Part shown: positions 41,536 through 45,777 of the stretch, piece after piece | How positions within the stretch are numbered: the stretch's first letter is position 1 | How the letters are laid out: every line of letters begins with the position of its first letter | Virus record (IMG/VR): IMGVR_UViG_3300044898_000025 | Location: 1-45,777 of that record | Length of the DNA stretch: 45,777 nt | DNA from: a virus | Strand: one strand, 5' to 3' | Notes under the pieces: model-generated | Told to the model about the DNA's origin: nothing | Databases searched by the model: none | What the model saw: the letters and a program-made list of their open reading frames with translations, nothing else | Position numbers and translations under genes: made by a program

Positions 41536-41662
41536 GCGGGGACGCGAGCGGCATTTCGGCCGCCTGCTCGCGCAAGGTCTCAGCAATGTTGGCCGCCGCC
41601 CTAGCCTCGTCCAACGTCGTCTGGTAACCGTCTGGGTATCTTTCTGCCCCTACGCTCTCCAC
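41411..41662 (-). CDS. Possible small gene downstream of the ArsR-like gene, overlapping the XRE 3' end in antisense (83 aa from GTG 41662)
   Basis: Strong SD (GGGGAGGG) lies 4 nt before the GTG. Third-position GC is ~77% in the non-overlapping part but drops in the part antisense to the XRE gene. Confidence 0.3.
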   Translation of the reverse strand: MESVGAERYPDGYQTTLDEARAAANIAETLREQAAEMPLASPLRALALRSASRWARAAESCSHLSLVPRPAGPESRPELAAMQ

Positions 41663-41732
41663 GCGCCCTCCCCTATCGCTTGATTCCGCTGCACCGTTCG
41701 GAGTCAACCACGGGAGTGGTTAGTTTGGGACT

Positions 41733-42362
41733 TTAATCCGCTAGAGAATCTTCAGGCAAAGCGCAGCGAGTCGGACCAGGCAATTCGAAGAAGGTCAAGA
41801 GGTTGGAGACGGCGATTCGCTTCGTCGTCGGGTCATCGGCGAAGCGGTTGGCGCTCTGTTCGATGACCGCGAAGACCTCCTCGTAGGTCCTCTTGTAGAT
41901 CGCGTTGAGTCGCTCCCAACCCTCCTCGTCTACCTCGCCGGGGATTCGTGCGATGCAGTGGTCAGCGCGGGCCGTCATGGTCCCGGCGTCGAGCGCCGCC
42001 CCGGCCTCTGCGACCGCGAACTGAAGTGCGCCGAGGTCGAAGTCCTGACGGGACTCGGGCGACATTGCCGCGTACTCCTCGTCGGTGACCTCGTTGCGCT
42101 GGGTCGCTCGGTAGAAGTGCTCGACCGCGCCCCGAACCGGACGGCTGTCAACTTCCTCGATCGCCTTGGCCGCGACGAGGACCGAGGTGTGATAGCTGAC
42201 ATCGCTGATCGGCTTCCGAAGCGCTAGTGCCATTTCGGTCGGACTTCCGGTCCGCGCAGATAGGAAGGACGCGATTCGGCACCGCAGTGGGTGGGACAGC
42301 ACTGCGGCGAGGCGGGCGCTCGGGGATGGCTTCAGTTTGGGCTCGACGACTTGCGCGCTCAT
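41733..42362 (-). CDS. ArsR-type winged-helix transcriptional regulator with C-terminal domain (209 aa from ATG 42362)
   Basis: AAVLSHPLRCRIASFLSARTGSPTEMALALRKPISDVSYHTSVLVAAKAIE matches the ArsR/SmtB wHTH pattern. SD GGAGGA lies 6 nt upstream of ATG 42362. Confidence 0.65.
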   Translation of the reverse strand: MSAQVVEPKLKPSPSARLAAVLSHPLRCRIASFLSARTGSPTEMALALRKPISDVSYHTSVLVAAKAIEEVDSRPVRGAVEHFYRATQRNEVTDEEYAAMSPESRQDFDLGALQFAVAEAGAALDAGTMTARADHCIARIPGEVDEEGWERLNAIYKRTYEEVFAVIEQSANRFADDPTTKRIAVSNLLTFFELPGPTRCALPEDSLAD

Positions 42363-42685
42363 ACGACTCCTCCGGAATTCTCGACCTTTATAAGGCGGCA
42401 GATCGTAGGGCATTCCCTGAGCGATTCAACCGTTTATTGCTAGAAGGTCTGGAAGCGGTCCGGTCCGTCTGGTCGTCTGGAGGCACGACAACCGACAGGC
42501 GAGGGGGTGAGAAATGATCATCCACAAGACCCCGACGACGATCCCGGCCGTCCAGATCGGCAAGCAGGGCTAGCGCCCTCTGCCGCTGCGGGCCGACCAC
42601 CGCCTAGGAGGTCGGCCCGTTCCTCAACCACATCAATCCATTTGGAGCGCTTAGGATCGCGTCGTCCATCAAGTCGGGAGGCTCC

Positions 42686-43015
42686 ATGAAGTTCAAGGTT
42701 CTCGTGGTCTCGCTGCTGGCGTTCTTCGCGATCTCGGCGTCGGCCCTGGCATTCACCTATCACCTGCCGTTCTACAAAGCCGAAAACGGATCGCGGGAGA
42801 TCGCCCAGGAAAGCTGCGCACGGGAAGCGCAGTGTGTCTCATCGGGGGTCCAGTGTCGGCGGCTGACCGAAGCTCGGATCGACTGCCTCGAAGCCCTCCT
42901 TTTTGAAACGCAGTACGGCGAATTGATCTGCGAAAACATCACCCACTGGGGCGTTGGCCCGGGTGGCTACATCGTCCATCACTTCGGGAAGATTCACTGC
43001 GCCTACCTCGAATAA
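42686..43015 (+). CDS. Plus-strand moron: secreted Cys-rich small protein (109 aa)
   Basis: Signal peptide MKFKVLVVSLLAFFAISASALA/FT, with 7 Cys in the mature part. SD is GGGAGG. Confidence 0.7.
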   Translation: MKFKVLVVSLLAFFAISASALAFTYHLPFYKAENGSREIAQESCAREAQCVSSGVQCRRLTEARIDCLEALLFETQYGELICENITHWGVGPGGYIVHHFGKIHCAYLE

Positions 43016-43084
43016 GCCCGCGAAAAAGCCCCGCCTACTCAGCGAGAGCAGACGGGGCTAGGGGGCGAGGGGGGCGGGGCGAGA

Positions 43085-43417
43085 CTACTTCGGCGGGGAG
43101 AAGTTAGGCCAGTAGGCCCAGTTGATCCACGTGGCTTCCTTGCGTGGGGGGTGCCAGACGAGGAACGGTTCGAGCCCCGCTTTCTTGGCGGCTCGGTAAA
43201 GGTCTTCGCGGTCGCTGGGGCCAAAGTGCTCGTACGGTCCCTTGGCGGTCGACTTGACCTCAATCATTCTCCCGCGCTCGCCAGCTTTCAGGGCGACGAG
43301 ATCAGCGTCTCCGAGCGAGCCACCGGCTTTGATGACGAACCATTCGCCACCCTCCTTGGATTCGAGGTGCTTGCGAAGGTCAACCTCTCGCTGGCGTCCT
43401 CTTCGGCTACCGGGCAC
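43085..43417 (-). CDS. PD-(D/E)xK nuclease, Hjc-like Holliday-junction resolvase (110 aa)
   Basis: E..GDADLVALK...MIEVKST arrangement matches the E-D-ExK catalytic pattern, and the size is typical of Hjc-type resolvases. Confidence 0.55.
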   Translation of the reverse strand: MPGSRRGRQREVDLRKHLESKEGGEWFVIKAGGSLGDADLVALKAGERGRMIEVKSTAKGPYEHFGPSDREDLYRAAKKAGLEPFLVWHPPRKEATWINWAYWPNFSPPK

Positions 43418-43589
43418 CCGTCGAGTATCAGCCCTTGCTCGGATGCGACCGCCTACGTGAGGTAGGCTTGGCGGGCGATTCGAGGCTCCAGATGCTCCAG
43501 TACGTAGCAGCGTGATGTTCCTCGATAGCCATCTAGATGCTGGGTCCCGGCGGTGACGATCAAGCCGTCGGGATACCCAGACCGCCTGC

Positions 43590-43661
43590 TCAGACGCGGC
43601 GCGCCAGGAACAAGACCAAGAGCACGATCAGGATGACGAGAAGCACTCCGACGATGGTCAT
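43590..43661 (-). CDS. Tiny hydrophobic peptide (23 aa), last gene of the lysis cassette
   Basis: Hand-translated as MTIVGVLLVILIVLLVLFLARRV*. It has an ATGA overlap with the 66-aa membrane-protein gene. Confidence 0.35.
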   Translation of the reverse strand: MTIVGVLLVILIVLLVLFLARRV

Positions 43662-43858
43662 CGGCCCTTCCCCGCGTCGTTGCGGACTTTCCCCAGCGTG
43701 GCTGAACCGGCAGTGACTACGCCGAGCCCGATGAGGAATTCCTGGTAGTCGATATGCCCGGTCACAAGCGCGTAGACGCCACCGAGGGCAGCGAGCACGG
43801 TGATGACCGAGGCGAGGGGGATCGCGTCGAGGAACGAGTAGATGGGGTTGGTGCTCAC
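43658..43858 (-). CDS. Holin-like small two-TM protein (66 aa)
   Basis: Two hydrophobic helices (LASVITVLAALGGVYALV and FLIGLGVVTAGSATL) followed by a charged C-terminus. It lies in the lysis cassette. Confidence 0.5.
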   Translation of the reverse strand: MSTNPIYSFLDAIPLASVITVLAALGGVYALVTGHIDYQEFLIGLGVVTAGSATLGKVRNDAGKGR

Positions 43859-44280
43859 TGGGCTATCTCCTTCTTTTCGAGTTGCGCGAGCGTGTTGGGA
43901 GCTCGGTTGTGTTTGATGTCGTCGAGGACCTCGAGGGCGAGCGTGGCGCTGGTTCCCCAGTCAGAGGCCCCGATGGCCGTAACCGTCTCCGTCGCCGGAG
44001 CGTTGGTGCGGAGGGCGCGCAGGATCGCCTCGTAGCCGTGGCCCTTCCCCTGCAACGTCTTGGCGGTGGCTTCGACTCCCTGTTTGCCGGAGACGTAGTT
44101 CTTGACCCCGACTGAGTTGAAGGTCGTGGCGCCCGGCATGTCCTGCGTCGTGTTGAACGGATTGAAATGCGCGCTGCCGCCCTCGGCCTGCATCTGGGCC
44201 TGAAGGGCGCGACGGTTGTGGAGGCTGATGGGCGCGTCCAGACTCAGCAAAAGCAGCCGAGCGAATTGCTCGCGAGTCAT
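43855..44280 (-). CDS. Hypothetical soluble protein in the lysis cassette (141 aa)
   Basis: ORF with ATGA overlaps with the endolysin gene and the holin-like gene. Confidence 0.6.
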   Translation of the reverse strand: MTREQFARLLLLSLDAPISLHNRRALQAQMQAEGGSAHFNPFNTTQDMPGATTFNSVGVKNYVSGKQGVEATAKTLQGKGHGYEAILRALRTNAPATETVTAIGASDWGTSATLALEVLDDIKHNRAPNTLAQLEKKEIAQ

Positions 44281-44906
44281 TTTGAGCCCCGCTTTTCGCG
44301 TTGCTGATGGAAGACGGCGTTGATCTTGGCCGCGGTTTTCGGGCCGATCTCCCCGTCCACTTTGAGGCGATAGGACTTCTGGAACGCCTTGACGGAGTCG
44401 ACCACTTCATCCACGAACTTCCAGCGCCAGTGCTTCAGGTAGGCCGGGCCCTTGCGTTTGTGGATATAGGCCAGCCGTTTCGTGAACTTGACGACGCGAG
44501 GGCCTTTGGAGCCGTGCTGGAGGGTCTTGAACGGAGGCGTTCCCTTGTAGATGCCTGCGACGTAGTTGAAGTGCCACGCCTCTGAGAACGCTTCGGTCTT
44601 CTTCCAGCCGTAGGCGCCGCCGTGCTCATAGATCCACGACTGTTCCCAACTCGCGTCGATGTCTACGGCCGTTCCGTTGCCGTGGTTCGAGGTCCCCGGC
44701 GCCGCGGCGAGGTTCCCTTGCCCGGACTGGTAGAGGTCCCAGAAGTAGACCTGTTCGTCATAGGTCCGGTAGGCCGAGACGGGGCGCAGGCCAGCGTCGG
44801 CCGGACCGCCAGGGGCCAGCCACGCAGTAGCAGCTTCGTTTGAGAGTTCCTTGCCAACCGGGATCGGGGTCAGGTCGGCAGAGGTCAAATGACCGTTAGA
44901 GGCCAT
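44277..44906 (-). CDS. Endolysin: VanY-type peptidase M15 domain plus C-terminal peptidoglycan-binding domain (209 aa)
   Basis: SAYRTYDEQ...APGTSNHGNGTAVDI...EAWHFNY is the zinc D,D-/L,D-peptidase pattern. C-terminal VKAFQKSYRLKVDGEIGPKTAAKI matches the PG_binding_1 pattern. Confidence 0.85.
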   Translation of the reverse strand: MASNGHLTSADLTPIPVGKELSNEAATAWLAPGGPADAGLRPVSAYRTYDEQVYFWDLYQSGQGNLAAAPGTSNHGNGTAVDIDASWEQSWIYEHGGAYGWKKTEAFSEAWHFNYVAGIYKGTPPFKTLQHGSKGPRVVKFTKRLAYIHKRKGPAYLKHWRWKFVDEVVDSVKAFQKSYRLKVDGEIGPKTAAKINAVFHQQREKRGSK

Positions 44907-44941
44907 GACCGTCCTTTCTATGTAGGCCCTCTACGGGCGGG

Positions 44942-45322
44942 TTAGGGACTAAGCGGCACGACGTAGAAGCGAGGGCAGAGCGCGCCTTTCTGGCCGGTGA
45001 CGCGCTGGTAGAGGACACAAGGTCCTTCGACGCCTTCGGCCTTCGCGATTGCTACGCGGAGAGCTTCACATTCGTGGGCGGCTTTGGGGTCCGGCTTGAC
45101 GCCTTCTCCCAAGTGCGAGTAAGCCTTCGAGCAGGCGGAGTTGGTGATCGTGTTGATCGTCGTGCCCTGGTCGCTGTTGACGATGGTGGTCTGGATGCCG
45201 ATGAAAAGGGCGACGGCGAGGCCGATCCCGAAGACCCAGGAGGCGATCCGCAGACGCTTGACGGAGCGCGCGTAGGCGGGGTCTGACTCGGCGACGTGGG
45301 CGATCTTCTCGGCGAAGGTCAT
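44942..45322 (-). CDS. Type-II membrane protein with Cys-containing external domain (spanin-like or holin-accessory, 126 aa)
   Basis: Single TM segment IASWVFGIGLAVALFIGIQTTIV, with 4 Cys in the C-terminal domain. It lies upstream of the endolysin gene. Confidence 0.5.
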   Translation of the reverse strand: MTFAEKIAHVAESDPAYARSVKRLRIASWVFGIGLAVALFIGIQTTIVNSDQGTTINTITNSACSKAYSHLGEGVKPDPKAAHECEALRVAIAKAEGVEGPCVLYQRVTGQKGALCPRFYVVPLSP

Positions 45323-45501
45323 CAGTTGCCCGCCAATAGAAAGGCGATAACGGAACCGAGGATCGCCAAGCCCGCCCCACCCACAAGGACGGAGAGGCGG
45401 TTCAGCGCCTCGGTGGCTACTTCGACTTTCACGTCCCTCGCCGCCTCGCGGTTTTCGACTGCCCGCAGTCTGCCGTCGAGATCTCGGTATGCATCATCCA
45501 T
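45322..45501 (-). CDS. Tail-anchored small membrane protein (59 aa)
   Basis: Hand-translated as MDDAYRDLDGRLRAVENREAARDVKVEVATEALNRLSVLVGGAGLAILGSVIAFLLAGN*. SD GGGGAGGGG lies upstream. There is a TGATG overlap downstream. Confidence 0.5.
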   Translation of the reverse strand: MDDAYRDLDGRLRAVENREAARDVKVEVATEALNRLSVLVGGAGLAILGSVIAFLLAGN

Positions 45502-45531
45502 CGCCCCTCCCCGTCGTCATCCGTTGTCCGA

Positions 45532-45777
45532 TCACAGCTTCCCCAGCGCCTGACGATCGCTGGACAAGGTCGCAAGAGAAGGGCCTGAGCTAGTCGTGCG
45601 GCCAGTGCTGAAGCCAGGGATGCCGTAAGCGCCGAGGTTCCCCGCGTAGATCCGTTCGACCTGGCGCAGCCCGTTGATGAGGGTTTTCGGCTTGAGCTTT
45701 TTCGTTTTCAGTTCTTTCTTGACCTGAGCGACCGGCTTACCTACGGACGCGGCGTAAGCAGTGATGGCGGCCGGGGT
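45532..45777 (-). CDS. C-terminal segment of the giant virion protein (same gene as 1..6463; 45651..45777 duplicates 1..127)
   Basis: The frame continues ...LINGLRQVERIYAGNLGAYGIPGFSTGRTTSSGPSLATLSSDRQALGKL* to the TGA at 45534..45532. The phase is consistent across the junction (total 6582 nt). Confidence 0.85.
   Translation of the reverse strand, partial: TPAAITAYAASVGKPVAQVKKELKTKKLKPKTLINGLRQVERIYAGNLGAYGIPGFSTGRTTSSGPSLATLSSDRQALGKL
45651..45777. repeat. Terminal direct repeat copy 2 (identical to 1..127)
   Basis: Exact 127-nt identity read directly from the sequence. Confidence 0.9.

Noticed and set aside
43016-43084. A bidirectional intrinsic terminator between the convergent secreted-protein and resolvase genes
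   Set aside because: Only weak pairings were found (a 7-bp stem with a 19-nt loop, or an 8-bp stem with a 37-nt loop) and there are no U/A tracts. This is insufficient to call.
22909-43590. tRNA, tmRNA or other structured RNA genes in the non-coding gaps (22909..23280, 38124..38486, 42414..42685, 43418..43589)
   Set aside because: No T-loop-like GGTTCGA/GTTCRANNC boxes or cloverleaf-compatible segments were visible by eye. This is a negative result only at the level of manual inspection.

Overview
The window is a complete, circularly closed genome of a GC-rich temperate dsDNA phage. The first 127 nt are identical to the last 127 nt, so the unique length is 45,650 bp. Nearly all genes lie on the minus strand in tightly packed operons with 1-, 4- or 8-nt start/stop overlaps.

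Minus-strand order, from high to low coordinates:
- Lysogeny module, 41.0-38.5 kb: RHH regulator, a 274-aa tandem-repeat protein, excisionase, tyrosine integrase, then a non-coding attP candidate.
- Replication/early operon, 38.1-32.9 kb: SSB-like protein with a DEEIPF tail, initiator-like wHTH proteins, an SPPY DNA methyltransferase.
- A long string of small early genes, 32.6-23.3 kb: Fic protein, HNH endonuclease, DUF1508-like protein, small-terminase-like protein.
- A 370-bp non-coding region that may hold cos or a late promoter.
- Large terminase, a tailspike cassette, portal, scaffold, major capsid, and T7-like tubular and internal-protein slots.
- A giant ~2193-aa gene that crosses the window junction. 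It is absent from the supplied ORF track and ends in an M15 zinc-peptidase module.
- A lysis cassette, 45.5-43.6 kb.

Only a handful of genes are on the plus strand: an XRE regulator, a tiny RHH regulator and two signal-peptide proteins. These look like lysogen-expressed genes.

No tRNA, rRNA, CRISPR array, DNA polymerase or RNA polymerase was recognised. Functional calls rest on motifs read by eye and on synteny, because no database search was possible.
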